A DNA stretch of 64,000 nucleotides from Felis catus (GCF_018350175.1 NC_058368.1:148740001-148804000); one strand, 5' to 3'. Shown: positions 13,516 to 26,989, numbered from the stretch's first letter. Program-made: numbers and translations. The notes: generated by a model from the letters alone, not told the origin.

Positions 13516-15548
13516 AAAAAAGGTAAACTTTGAAAAAACGGACTCAAATATTCTGATGTTCTTTCAGGTGAAAATTAGTTCAATCTTTTCCTTCAGATAG
13601 AAGATAGTAATTATTATACCTATCCATTAAGAAAAACTGCCTTTGTGTACTGAATCCAATAATCAGTGAATATGAATTCCTAGGATTTAGATATTATCTA
13701 AAATATGCCTTCAGTTCCATAATTCTTTAATTTAATACACAACTTTAAGATCTGGGGAAGAATTTTCTTAATGTGCTCTAATATTTTGAGCTGAAGATTA
13801 TGTAATGATCAAATAAATAATCACATTATACTGCTTTAAAATACTCATAACATATAATTTTTTCCAGAGATAATCAGTTCTCATAAAAATGTTATTAGTT
13901 AACAAACTTTATCTTTTAGGATACAGATAACAATGTTAGATTAATTTTAGACTAGTATAATACTTTGTAGAAGAAAAATTCTAGACTATTTTCCTCAGTC
14001 ATATTAGGTTTAGAACTATGATTACCTTCTAAAAATGCTTCATTGTGTAGAATTTATGCAGGTAGAAGGTCTTACAATAGCCTCATAGATTATCTCCTTT
14101 CTGCCTGCCTTTCTACTCTTTTATATCCTTTCTAATGTCAATAGAGTCTCCTTCTGAAAAGTTTTATCTTGTCATTGCCATACTTGAAAACTTTTTACAC
14201 CATAATACCTTTCTTATCTCATGATCATTTCTTCTTGTGGAAGTCTATCCATCACCTTTGCCATTATCATCAGGATTACCCTTTTCACAACCATCAAAAT
14301 GACCTTTATTCTTTAAGGTAAAGAAAAAAAAAGTCTTCCAATTTGTAACTTTCCTTAAAATCCCCATAGTCCTACCACTGTGAAATTAATGCATTGCTCA
14401 TTTTGTATTTCTATAGCACTTTATACATATTGTGTATTAAATAATTTATTTTTATAAATGACTACTTATTCAGGAGTTAACTTCTGATTTCACAGTGAAA
14501 ACAGTCAGTGTGATGGACCTTTTTGATTTGCAGTTTTGCCAACAATATTTAGAACAGTGTTTCTGCAAAATAAGTGCTTCATAAATGTTGTAATAGGGAA
14601 TGGAATTATATATAACACAGAAGGGGTACCTTTTTAATAACTATCTCTTTTCATATAGACATGAATTTACTTTTCTCTCCTGCCCATATCAAAATTAAAG
14701 TGGCTCTGAACTACGATTCATTTTTTTCTTTCAATAGCAGGTGATATTACAAATTATTTAATGAATTTTAGATAGTTATTTTAAGGTTTGTTAGAACTTA
14801 AGCTCTTACTAAGCAAATAGTTATAAATCAGTTCCCAATATTTGAAACAATTTTATTCATACTGCTTTTAAAAACTTAACAAATATACTAGATATTTTAT
14901 AATGTTCTACAGAATTTAAACATAGACATGTGCACTGAAAATGATTTAAAATATTCATGAAGAAGACAAAACTTTACAATATCAATAATGAACAGAAATT
15001 TAAGCTGGCACATTGAGAAAAGATTTTGGAGTCATAGAGCTTCAGCTAATATACTCTGTTCTAGTTCTGTCTCATTCTGGAAAAACAAATTTGACAGACC
15101 CATTTTATTCAAAAGTCAAGCTTTTACCTGAGGGGCTGTTTCTTATTACCTTAATGTTTGAAGCATAAGATTATTAAATGGTGCTTTACTCCTCTGGTAA
15201 TCTCTCTTATTAAATGAGTCTGAGAATCCAGAAAATTAATGAAATATTATCAAAATGGAGTGCCCATAAACACTCTGAGTAGTATGCATTGTATCTTTAT
15301 ACTTATTCAATAAACCAAGGATAAAATATCTAAGTCTAAAACATAAGTGTGGAAATCATTAGCAAAGTTATTGGTAGAATGTACGTAAACTTCCAAGATA
15401 TATAGCTTTGGCAAAACATATAAAGTCGATTTAAAAAGATAACACTATATTCATTTCAAAAAAGGAAAATATTTCAAGGGGGATAAAAAGTGTTCTTGTT
15501 AAATATTCATATAGAAGGAAAGAAAGGAAATTAGTAAAGAATATTCTA

Positions 15549-15766
15549 GGGGCGCCTGGGTGGCTCAGTCAGTTGAGCGTCCGACTTCAGCTCAGGTCAC
15601 GATCTCACGGTCCGTGAGTTCGAGCCCCGCGTGGGGCTCTGGGCTGATGGCTCAGAGCCTGGAACCTGCTTCCGATTCTGTGTCTCCCTCTCTCTCTGCC
15701 CCTCCCCCGTTCACGCTCTGTCTCTCTCTGTCTCAAAAATAAATAAACGTTAAAAAAAAATAAAAA
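15549..15766 (+). mobile_element. Young SINEC_Fc
   Basis: CpG-rich and near consensus, with A/B boxes (TGGCTCAGTCAG, GTTCGAGCC). Perfect 13-bp TSD AAAGAATATTCTA. Confidence 0.97.
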
Positions 15767-16040
15767 AAAGAATATTCTAAAAGGCCAAATGAATTTTATA
15801 AAACACTAAAATACATTTACAAAAATAGGGTGAGTAGGCTGCTATATATTCATATCTATAAGATGGTAAATGTTGAAATTCCAATCTCTTTTTATTCTCC
15901 ATGCCTGAGTGTAGTACTCATACATGATGTTTATAAAGTAAGTGGAATAATTTGCCTGTGTCACATAGGTTACATAAAGTTAGGGCATTTCTTTTGTATG
16001 TTTAAGTGGCAAATAAAGATGTTTATTGAAGACCAAGAAG

Positions 16041-16041
<1 letters not shown>

Positions 16042-16069
<28 letters not shown>
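16042..16069. repeat. (AC)n microsatellite
   Basis: Seen directly. Confidence 0.95.
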
Positions 16070-16071
<2 letters not shown>

Positions 16072-17182
16072 TTTAAAATAAATATTTAGATAATTGAAGT
16101 AGAAAAGATGTTTTCCACTTATTAACTCCACTTCTATGTTACTTTGTACATAATCATAGAGTTTGATTCATAACCACCTGTCTTTTTGGAAAGTAAAAAA
16201 TTAAAAATATAATATTAGAAGAAAAATAATAGTACAGTAAGCAAATATCTTTTTTCTTCTCTCTCTGCTTTTGGGACCACATCCTCGGAACTGACAGTTT
16301 AATCTCTGTGAGGAGGAAACAAATCTTAAACTATGAGGATGTTAGCACTGTCAAATTTTCTCTATAAATTATCATGAAATGCATTTTGATACATTTCACA
16401 CGTCAATAATTAAATTTTACTGTTACTAACTATTATTTTTTATATAAAATAGGCCTACAATAATAAAATAAAGATGTAAAGTAAAAATTATATAATTGGG
16501 AGTGCATTAGTATTTTTTCCAAATCATCTTCTGCTAACTCTTCCAAAGTTAACAGAATTCTTCTTATAGAGAAGACACCAAAATCCATTCCCATTAAAAC
16601 AAATAATCTATAGTAAAGCTAGCACTCTTGGTAAAGCAATAAATTAGATCTATGTCAAAATATACTTAATTATAATCAAGTATAAAACTAATGACTTTTG
16701 CCATATTTGTTTAAATCCTCAGGGGATGGAATCTTTAACTTAGATGGAAGCTATTTTCTGCTTCAACAATTAAATGAAAAATATCTATAACTACTTGCCA
16801 CATAACAGTTTTCAAAAACATGGTTCACCCTCACCAGTCATAATCAACTGGAATGGAGAAAATATCTTTTTTTTAATTGTAAGCAAATTAAAGAATAACA
16901 TATTTAAAGAAGCTAATAAGTATTTATTGGGGGGTATGGAATTTGCTTGGTAACATGTAGTAATTAAAAGATAAATTAGTATTCATATTTAATTATGAAA
17001 AATCTATTTTCCATTTAGTATGTGAATACAACTTGCTAAAAGCAGCCCATGTAGTTTTTAATTTACATATAATTACATAAATAACATTTTAGTGTTTATT
17101 AGTTTATTAATTTTGATGCTTTCATTATGAAACTAAGTTATTATTCTGTACCAAGTTAGGTTTTCATTATTTTATATATAGT

Positions 17183-17399
17183 GGGGGCTACTGGGTGGCT
17201 CCATCCATTAAGTGTCCCACTGTTGACTTCGGCCCAGGTCATGATCATGCTTCGTGGGTTTGGGCTCAGCATCCAGCTCTGTGCTGACAGCATGGAAACT
17301 GCTTGAGATTCTCTCTCTCCCTCTCTCTGCTCCTTCCCTGCTCCTATGCTGTTTCTCTCAAAAATAAATGAATAAACCTAAACCATTAAAAAAAAAAAA
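17183..17399 (+). mobile_element. Older Can-SINE
   Basis: Diverged head, CT tract and A-tail. Confidence 0.9.
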
Positions 17400-17478
17400 G
17401 AATTTACAGATTCAGTTTTCCAGTATACTTTTTCTGGTAGTATTAACTGGAAATTTCAAATATGGCACTTTATAATAT

Positions 17479-18190
17479 TTTAGCAGATGAGGGGAATCTT
17501 TGACAAAATGCATGGTTTAACTTTGGAGTTCTCTCATCCTTGAAGGAATATTCCAGGTGACATCCTTGACAACTGAAGGGATAGATAATATTCAAGTAGG
17601 AAAACTAAAGAGACTGCAAGCATGAAAGTCTGCTTTTTTTCTGTCTCTAGTCTTGCTAGGACCTAGCCCTCACCTTACACATGCCTTATAAAACAGATAA
17701 TGTATGTCTTTCTTGTAAAAGTCAATGAGTTAATGCTTTTCTTTTTCTTTTTGTTTTTGTTTTTCTTTTCTTTTTTTTATTTTGAGTCTTCTAGCACAAC
17801 AGATAACCTCTAAGAAGCGAGCAGGCAAGGTCTTCATGAATGTTTTCCAAGACCACCAGCTCACCAAAACCCCTAGCTCCAGGGCATAAAGGACTTATGA
17901 AGCACACCTAAACACTTGCCTTTGTTCCTGGATGCCTGAGAAGACATGCTACCTGACTACAATCCTCAGTAAAAATCCCAAACCCCATGCAAAGACAAGA
18001 CTCACTCAACTTTCCTTTCCAAGTGTCCCAGATGCTCTGTCTGTATCTGCACAGTCCTTATGTCTTCAGTAAACTGTGCTCTCACTTCCTGTCAGCTCAC
18101 ATTTGATTTCTATGTGCACAAAGCCAAGAACCCTCTTGCCTGATCCTCTGTGATCCCTTCTGGGTCCTCAGACCAAGTGAGCCTGCATCA
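17479..18190 (+). mobile_element. ERV1-like solo LTR
   Basis: Ends CTGCATCA. Starts TTTAGCAG (a degenerate TGATGCAG inverted terminus). Flanked by 4-bp ATAT. AGTAAA signal followed by an ERV1-type U5 motif AAGCCAAGAACCCTCT. Confidence 0.75.
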
Positions 18191-18885
18191 ATATGGCAAT
18201 ATATATGAAATGAAAATTCCTTTAGGAGTCACTTTTTAAAAATATTTTTCTACTCTCCAGTGAAATTAGTCCCCTCTGAAAAGGAAGCATCAGCCTAGAC
18301 CACAAGGAGAGGAATAAGAACACAAAGATGGGGGATTAAAAAAAAACTATAAAGAAGAGGCAAAAGAAAAAATTGAAAAGCAAGAAAGGGACATTTCATG
18401 CTTAACAGTATAAAAAAGGTTATCAGGATAGATGGTCAGTGTGACAAATTACTAGATTGCATGGTTAGAGTGATGTACCCCATTATTTATGTCTGTGATT
18501 CTCACTTTATCCTGAAATGTTGATTTTCTGAGGATCATCTTTAGGAATACAGATATACTTTATAAATATTTCCTGTCATGTTATAGAAATATCCAAACAC
18601 TGCAAAGTTGAAATAATACTATCAGCAATTTACAATTAGGAATTAAAAATGTAATTTTTAATAGTAAAATGTGATATATATGTATATGCCATATATATGT
18701 TAAAAAAGTATTCAATATTCTTATTTCAAAATTTTTAATTCTATACTTGATTCTGAAGACAAATACAATTAAAATATATAGTTCAAAAAATGAAAGTCCA
18801 ATTTTTCAATCAAAACATGGAAATTTCTAATTTACATATTGCTTCTTTCTTGGCAATTGCAAACTTTGGTTAAAAAATTAATTAC

Positions 18886-19043
18886 TGGTTAAGCCTATAA
18901 CTCTTGATTTCTGCTCAGGTCAAGATCTCACAGGTTCATGAGTTCAAGCTTCACATTGGGCTCTGTGCTGACAGTGAAGAGCCTGCTTGGGATTCTCTGT
19001 CTCCTTCCCTCTGTCTGTCTCTCTCTCTTTCTATCTCTCAAAA

Positions 19044-19078
<35 letters not shown>

Positions 19079-19102
19079 ACAAACAAACAAACAAACTTAA
19101 AC
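18886..19102 (+). mobile_element. 5'-truncated Can-SINE
   Basis: Body and (AAAT)n(AAAC)n tail. Flanks AAATTAATTACT and AAATTAATTATT. Confidence 0.92.
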
Positions 19103-19116
19103 AAATTAATTATTGA

Positions 19117-19301
19117 GTGGTGCCTGGGTGGCTCAATCGATTAAACATCCAACTTCAGCTCAAGTCATGATCTCCTGGTTTGTGAGTTCTAGCTCCACAT
19201 TAGGCTGTTTGCTGTCAGCACAGAGCCCACTTCGGATCCTCTGTCCCCCTCTGTGCTCCTCCCCCGCTCATTCTGTCTATCTCAAAATAAATAAACATTT
19301 A
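19117..19301 (+). mobile_element. Can-SINE
   Basis: Head GGTGCCTGGGTGGCTCAATCG. TSD AAATTAAT(T/G)ATTGAG. Confidence 0.93.
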
Positions 19302-20820
19302 AAAATTAATGATTGAGGGAATTGTTTAATATGGTGAAGGAGCAGGGCAACCCTAAGCTTGCCTCTTGCCTCAAACACATTTAGATAAATATGAAATCAT
19401 TATGAACACCCAAGAAATCAATCTTAGGACTGAGAGAACAAAGTTTCATGCTTATAAGCAGAAAAAACAACTACGTTGTGGAAGGTAGGAACTGCAGAGA
19501 ATTGATTTGGGAGACAAAAGAGCCACGAGCACTGATGAGGGGAGGGAAGCCTGACCACTGAGAGACGGGAGAGAGAGAGAGAGGGAGAAAGAGTGAAAAG
19601 AGAGGGAAAACACATGCAGGGAATTTCACAGGAAAAACTCTTCCCCAAAATAATTGAGAAAAAGGAGAGGCTTTAAATACTGCAATTTTTTTTTGTGAAC
19701 AGCAGAGTGCAGAGTCTGAAGTTTCTTAGGTCTGCACCATTGCCAGGGTCCCACCTAGTTGTGCTGTGCTGGGGAAGGAGGGAGGAGACATGGTAGCAGG
19801 AAACATGGTCTGAGGATCCCCTCTATCACACAAGGAGAAACAGTTTCCCTTCTTGGAATGCAAGGTCAAAAGACCAGGCAAGTGCCATAAAGCAGCTCTG
19901 TTCACCAATACAGGAATAAAGATGCTGGCTAAGGGCAGCAGACCTTGGCACTGGCCTTGTGCTGCCATTTACCATAAACTCCGAACCTTGGCATAGTCAC
20001 ATAACCTTTTCTAGGTCAAGCTGGCACCATGCATGCTTTTAGACTACAGTGCTGTGAAACTTGAAGTCAAACAAAAGAGAAGTAAGCAAGGTCTCAAATA
20101 CACAACCTAAAGGAGCTAGAAAATGAACAACAAATAAAGTCTACAGCCAGAAGAAGAAAGGAAATAATAAATTTTAGAGCAGAAATAAACAATATAGAAA
20201 CAAAAAAAATGGTAGAACAGATGAAGAAAAATAAAAGCTAGTTCTTTGAAAGAATTAATAAAACAGATAAACCATTAGCCAGACTTATCAAGAAGAAAAG
20301 TAAAAGGATGCAAATAAACAAAATCATGAATGAAAGAGGAGAGATCACAACCAACACCACAGAAATACAAACAATTATAACACTATATTTGGAAAAATCA
20401 TATGCCAACAAATTGGGCAATCTACAAGATTTAAATAAATTCTTAGAAACATACAAACTACAACAAATAAAACAAGAAGAAATAGAAAATTTGAACAAAC
20501 CCATAACCAGCAAAAAAAAATTGAAGTAATCAAAAATCTCCCAACAAACAAAAGTCCAGGGTTACATGGTTTCCCAGTGGAATTCTACCAGACATTTGAA
20601 GAAGAATTAATACCTACTCTTCTCAAATTGTTCCAAAAAATAGAAATGGAAATAAAACTTACAAACTTTTTCTACAAGGCCAGAATTACTGTGATTCCAA
20701 AACCGGACCAAGATCCCACTAACAAGGAGAATCACAGGCCAATATCCATGACGAATACGAATGTAAAAATTCTTAACAAGATACTAGTAAATAAAGTCTA
20801 ACAATACACTGAAAGAATTA

Positions 20821-21032
20821 TTTTTTAAACATTTATTTATTTTTGAGAGAGAGAGAGAGAGAGAGAGAGAGCAAGGAAGAGGCAGAAGGAGAGGGAGACA
20901 CAGAATCCAAAGCAGACTCCAGGCTCTGAGCCATCAGCACAGAGCCCGATGCGGGACTCGAACTCACGAACTGTGAGATCATGACCTGAGCCGAAGTCAG
21001 ATGCCCAACCCACTGAGCCACCCAGGTGCCCC
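20821..21032 (-). mobile_element. SINEC_Fc nested in L1 ORF2
   Basis: 16-bp TSD TACACTGAAAGAATTA. Confidence 0.96.
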
Positions 21033-22343
21033 TACACTGAAAGAATTATAGACCACAATAAAGTGGGATTTATTCCTAGGCTGCAGCAGTGGTTCAATAT
21101 TCACCAATCAATCAACATGATATACCACATTACTAAAGAAAGAATAAGAACCATATGATCTCATTAGATGCATAAAAACCATGTGACAAAACACAGCATC
21201 CATTCTTGATAAAAACCTTCACCAAAGTAGGGACAGATGGAACATACCCCAATTCACAAAGGCCATATACAAAAGACTGACAGCTAATATCATGCTCAAT
21301 GGGGAAAAACTGAGAACTTTTCCTCTATAGTCAGGAAAAAGACAGGGATGTCCAGTTTCACCATTATTATTTAACATAGTACTGGAAGTCTTAGCCTCAG
21401 CAATCCAACAATAAAAATAAATAAAAGGCATTCAAATTGACAAAGAAGACGTCAAACTTTTACTCCTCACAGATAACATGATACTATATGTAGAAAACCT
21501 GAAAGAGTCCACCAAAAAGTTTCCAGAACTAATACATGAATTCAGCAAAGTCGGAAGATATAAAATCAACATAAAGAAATCTGTTGCATTCCTATACACA
21601 AATACTAAAGTAGCAAAAAGTGAAATCAAGGAATCGAACCAATTTACAATTGCATCAAAAACTAGTATATATCTAGGAATAAACCTAACCAAACAGGTAA
21701 AAGAACTGTACTTGGAAAACTATGGAACATATATGAAGGAAGCTAAAGAAGATATGAAGAAATAGAAAAACATTACATGCTCATGGATTGGAAAAATAAA
21801 CACTGTTAAAATGTTTATACTACCCAAAGCAATCTACACATTCAATCCAATCCCTATCAAAAAACCACCAGCATTTTTCACAGAACTAGAAAAAACAATC
21901 TTAAAATTTGATTGGAACCACAAAAGCCTCTGAAGAGCCAAAGTAATCCTGAAAAAGAAAAGCAAAGCTGGAGGAATCACCATTCTGGACTTCAAGCTAT
22001 ATTAAAAAGTTGTAGTCATCAAGACAATATAGTACTGGCACAAAAACATAAATCAATGGAACAGAATAGAAAACCCAGAAATGGACTCATAACTACATGG
22101 TCAATTAATCTTCAACAAAGCAAGAAGGAATATTCAATGGAAAAAAAAGGCAGTTTCTTCAAATGGTATTGTAAAACTGGACAGTGACATGCACAAGAAT
22201 GAAAGTGGACCACTTTCTTACACCATACACAAAAATAAATTCAAAATGGATGAAAGACCTAAATGTGAGGCAGGAAACTATCAAAATCTTAGAGAAGAAC
22301 ACAGCCAGCAACCTCTTTGACATCAGCTGGAGCAATTTCCTCT

Positions 22344-22371
22344 TTTTTTTTTTTTAGTGTTTTTATCTATT

Positions 22372-22423
<52 letters not shown>

Positions 22424-22588
22424 AGTGGGGGAAGGGCAGAGAGAGATGGAGACACAGAATCCAAAGCAGGTTCCAGGCTCTGAGCTGCCAGCACAGAGCC
22501 CAATGCAGGGCTTGAATTCACAGAACCACGAGGTCATGACCTAAGTTTAAGTCAGAAGTTTAACTGATGGAGCCACCCAGGTGTCCCC
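22344..22588 (-). mobile_element. SINEC_Fc nested in L1 ORF2
   Basis: Poly-T, long (GA)n and the reverse-complement head. Confidence 0.95.
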
Positions 22589-22952
22589 AGAGCACCTACT
22601 TACTGGACATGTCTCCTGAGGCAAGGAAAACAAAAGCAAAAATAAACTATTGGGATTTCATCAAGATAAAAAGCTTCTGCACAGCAAAGGAAGCAATAAA
22701 TAAAACTAAAAGGCAGCCTGTGGAATGGGAGAAGATATTTGCAAATGACATATCCAATAAAGGGTTAGACCCAACACCTATAATGAACTTATCAAACTCA
22801 ACACCCCCCCCCAAAATAATCCAGTGGAGAAATGGTGAGAAGACACGAATAGACCCTTTTCCAAAGAAGATATCCAGATGGCTAACAGACACACGAAAAG
22901 ATACTCAACATTACTCATTATCAGGGAAATACAGATCAAAACCACAATGAGA

Positions 22953-23162
22953 GGGGCAACTGAGTGGCTCAGTCAGTTAAGCATCTGACTTTGGCTCAGG
23001 TCATGATCTATTGGTTTGTGAGTTTGAGCCTCGTGTCGGACTCTGTGCTGACATCTCGGAGCCTGGAGCCTGCTTCAGATTCTGTGTCTCCCTATCTTTC
23101 TGCTCCTCCCCTGTTCACGCTCTCTCTGTCTCTCAAAAATAAAATGAACATTAAAAAAAATT
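22953..23162 (+). mobile_element. SINEC_Fc nested in L1 ORF2
   Basis: TSD AAAACCACAATGAGA. Confidence 0.96.
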
Positions 23163-23951
23163 AAAACCACAATGAGATATAAACTTTCACCTGTAAGAAT
23201 GGCTAAAATTAACAACACAAGAAACAATAGGTGTTGGTGAGGATGTGGAGAAAAGGGAACTCTTCAGCACTGCTGGGAGGGAATGCAAACTGGTGTAGCC
23301 ACCTTGGAAAACAGTATGGAAATTCCACAAAAAGTTAAAAATAGAACTGCCCTAGACCAGCAATTCCTCTACTAGGTATTTACCCAAAAGATACAAAAAT
23401 ACAGATTGAAAGGGGCACATGCATCCCAATGTTTATAGCAGCACTATCAACAATAGCTAAATTTTTTATGGAAAAAGCCCATATGTCTATCAGCTCATGA
23501 ATGGATAAAGAAGATGTTACACATGTGCACACACACACACAGGAATATTATTCAGCCAGCAAAAAGAATGGCATCATGTCATTTGCAACAACATGGATGG
23601 AACTAAAGTGTATTATGCTAAGTGAAATAAGTCAGACAGAGAGAAACTAATACCATATTATTTCACTCATGTATGGAATTTAAGAAACAAATCAGAAGAA
23701 CATTTTGGGGGGGGAAGAAAAATGACAGAGGAAAACAAACTATAAGGGACTCTTAAAGATTGAGAACAAACAGGGTTGCTGGAGGGGAGATGGGTGAAGT
23801 GATGGGCAAAATAAATGATGGGTATTAAGGAAGTTACCTGCTGTGAGAAGTGCTGGGTGTTATATGTAAGTGAAGAATCATTGTTGAATTCTACTTCTGA
23901 AACCAATATTGTGCTGTATGTTAACTATATGAAATTTAAATAGAAATTTAA

Positions 23952-24165
23952 GGGGCACCTGGGTGGCTCAGTCGGTTAAGTATCCCACTTCGGCTCAGGT
24001 CATGATCTCTTGGCTCATGAGTTTGAGCTCCATGTTGAGCTCTGTGCTGACAGCTCAGAGCCTGAAGCCTGCTTTGGATTCTGTGTCTCCCTCTTTCTCT
24101 GCCCCTTCCCCACTCACACTCTGTCTCTCTCAGTCTCAAAAATAAATAAACAATAAAAAATTTTT
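23952..24165 (+). mobile_element. SINEC_Fc inserted in the L1 tail
   Basis: Canonical head, body and tail. Confidence 0.95.
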
Positions 24166-24390
24166 AAATAAAAATTTTAAAAATTTTCTGTAAAGAAAAA
24201 AAATTATTCCCTCAAAAGTTGAAAAAAAAGTCCTTAATATAAGTATAGAAATTCATAGAGTGGTTTAGAGGGGAAAATTATAGTTGACACTTAGCAAATA
24301 TAAATTAATAAATGTTAGACTAAAATTTAATTCCAGAAATAAAAGCAAACTGATTTTATGTTTATTTGTCAAGGAAAACATACAAGTAAT

Positions 24391-24621
24391 TTAATTTTTT
24401 AAATTTTTTAATGTTTATTTTTGAGAGAGAGAGAGAGAGAGAAAGAGAGTGCGTGCAAGCATGGGAGGGTCAGAGAGAGAGGGAGACACAGAATCTGAAG
24501 CAGGCTCCAGGCTCTGAGCTGTCAGTACAGAGCCCGATGCAGGGCTTTAACTCACGAACCATGAGATCATGACCTAAGCCGAAGTCAATGTGCTTAACCG
24601 ACTGAGCCACCCAGGTGCCCC
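24391..24621 (-). mobile_element. SINEC_Fc
   Basis: Canonical reverse-complement SINE. Confidence 0.95.
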
Positions 24622-24769
24622 GAAAATACACAATTTAAAAATTAGCTTGTGTAATAATTGATATAATATGCAAGAAGAAATATTTCTCCTTAATAATAAC
24701 AGATAGTATATGTTGAACATTTACTTTATGGTTTATACTACATTTTTTTTCTAATTAATATATGTAGAG

Positions 24770-24868
24770 ATGTTCAGTAATTAGTCCAAGGTCCTCAGTA
24801 GTAAATAGAGCCAGGATGTGGACCCTAGGCAGTCTGGCTCACATTTCATGTCCACAAACACTGGGTTA
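24770..24868 (-). mobile_element. MIR fragment
   Basis: CCAAGGTC...AGTAAATAGAGCCAGGATGTGGACCCTAGGCAGTCTGGCTC matches the antisense MIR core and head. Confidence 0.7.
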
Positions 24869-25699
24869 AATTCTTCAGTACACTGGATGTCTTTCTGATA
24901 ACAAGAACCATATTGTCGTATGAAGACAATCCTAATGGCAGACACTTGCAGAGGTTCTTAAAAGTGTTCTTTATATGTAATTAAAATTCCTGTTTGTGGA
25001 CATAAAATCTACTTTAGACAGCTTTTGATTTCTTAGCTTTGTTTTTTTCATTGCACTTGAATCAAAATGCCATTGCATTTTCTACAGGTGCCCTGCACAT
25101 TTAGCCATATGTAAGGCTTGTGTGTGAGAGTTGGATTTACACACATATAATTGAGTTTGTTTTGTCAAACCCATCAGGTAAGGAGATTATCTGCCAATTT
25201 GTCTCACTGGATCCAGGCTATTTACCTACTATTTGTGTTTGAGGAAAAGTTAACTGGTTTCAACACCTAGTTAGAATAATTGGAAAGCCAAGTGAAATTT
25301 CTGAAAATCATGTGATATCTTGAATGTCTTAAAACTGGTTTAGAATAGCCTACCTCTAATATGTCTGAATGACAAAAAAGAAAAAAGAGCAAGCAGGAGA
25401 TAAAAAATGAAAGGAGATAAAGAGGTAAAAGATAGGAGAAGACGACTGTATAAGAGATTCACATACAGACTTGAACAGATAATAGTTAGGCCTAGTAAAT
25501 TTTTATTATTACCAAGTTGATTCTAAGAATAAATACTGAAAATCAAATGACTTTGGTATTCATTGTTTACTTAAAAACACCTACTCTTGGGAATAATGGA
25601 AACCAGTCATTAGACACAAAAGACAAGTAAGGCATCTTTCAAAAGATCTTTTTTTTTCTTTCAAACTGAATTCTCATGGAATAACACATTATACTAAAG

Positions 25700-25922
25700 A
25701 CATGGAACCTATTATGTACGAGGAATTGTTCTAAGTAATTTGAATATGTCATCTCCTTCTATCCTTGCATTTAAAGGTCAACTGATGATAAGAATACTGA
25801 GGCTGATAATTTAAGCAATTTGCCCAATTTGGAATTCAACTACAAACATTACAGACAGAATTCAAGCGTGGTTTTACCTGATTTCAAACACTAAGCTTTT
25901 TTCACCTCTCTATGCTGTCTCT
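25700..25922 (-). mobile_element. MIR fragment
   Basis: GATAAGAATACTGAGGCT...TAAGCAATTTGCCCAA resembles the MIR core. Confidence 0.6.
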
Positions 25923-26059
25923 CAAATAGCAGACTTAATAATGCCAGAATATTCCAACTAGAAGGAGATGCATATGATAATTATAAAGGAGTTTACAGAA
26001 CTGATCCAGAAATCAAATAAATACCTCTGTTTCCTTCAAGAAGTAAAATGCACATTCTA

Positions 26060-26276
26060 GGGGCACCTGGGTGTCTCAGCCCATGAAGCATCAGACGCTT
26101 TGGTTTCCTTTGTTTTTGGCTCAGGTCATGATCTCAAGAGATCGAGCCCTGCATGAGGCTCCATGCCGACAGAGAGAAACTTGCTTGAGAGTATTACTCT
26201 CCTCTTTCTGTGCCCCTCCCTTGTTCTCTCTGTCTCTGTCTCTATCTCAAACATAAATAAATAAACTTCAGGAAAA
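26060..26276 (+). mobile_element. Older Can-SINE
   Basis: TSD AAGAAGTAAAATG(C)ACATTCT. Confidence 0.92.
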
Positions 26277-26494
26277 AAAGAAGTAAAATGACATTCTGCA
26301 ATTCTAATTAATTTTAACCCACAGTTAGGATGTCCTAAATGTTATACTACATTGCAGAGGGAAAAAGAGGAAATAAAAGATTTAAAAAAAGGAAATTATA
26401 GAATTTTACAACTTCCAAAATAGTATGAACCATTTTCTTTTCAGAATCAAATATGATTTTACATTTACACAATGGAGAAATTTCACCAATTTTA

Positions 26495-26495
<1 letters not shown>

Positions 26496-26537
<42 letters not shown>
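26496..26537. repeat. (TG)n microsatellite
   Basis: Seen directly. Confidence 0.95.
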
Positions 26538-26541
<4 letters not shown>

Positions 26542-26915
26542 GCATATATTTTTTGTCTGTCAGTGTGGATTTGTTTCTGATCTATTAATGTTGCTGCAGC
26601 AAATTTGGCTATACTTTAAAAAGTAAAGACCAAAGAAAAAGTATTATTTCATCACATAACTGCATCATTAAAAGAATAAATACTACAAGATAAGAAAATT
26701 TACTAAATATTAAATATTTCTGTAATATCAAATAGACATTCAGGAACCACCACTCCCTAACCCCACGCCACCCCTTTGTGACTGTTTTGTTGTTTGGTTT
26801 TGCTTTGTTTTCCTTCTTGCTCTGTGGGCTATTTATGATTCAAGCCCCAAAGCAGAAGTTACTGAGTTAACACTAACCTTTCTTCTTTTGTAAATGCCTT
26901 CACCTCTTGAGGAGA

Positions 26916-26948
26916 TTTTTTTAAGAGAGACAGAAGGCACAAGTGAGG

Positions 26949-26989
<41 letters not shown>

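Larger units (their letters stand above)
19318..24200 (+). mobile_element. L1 with both ends but lacking ORF1 and the ORF2 N-terminus; four nested SINEs
   Basis: 5'UTR 19318-20029 is homologous to the 63-kb L1 5'UTR. ORF2 remnants (EFYQTFEEELIPTLLKLFQKIE; MILYVENLKESTKK). 3'UTR runs to about 23950, then an A-rich tail. Confidence 0.92.

Noticed and set aside
15560..15742. Recurring ~60-aa 'MAQSV...SAQVMIS...SLEPASDSVSPSLS' ORFs across the window
   Set aside because: Read-through of Can-SINE sequence, not a gene family.
20238..22950. Reverse-transcriptase-like ORFs as an active element or novel RT system
   Set aside because: They are frameshifted L1 ORF2 fragments interrupted by SINEs.
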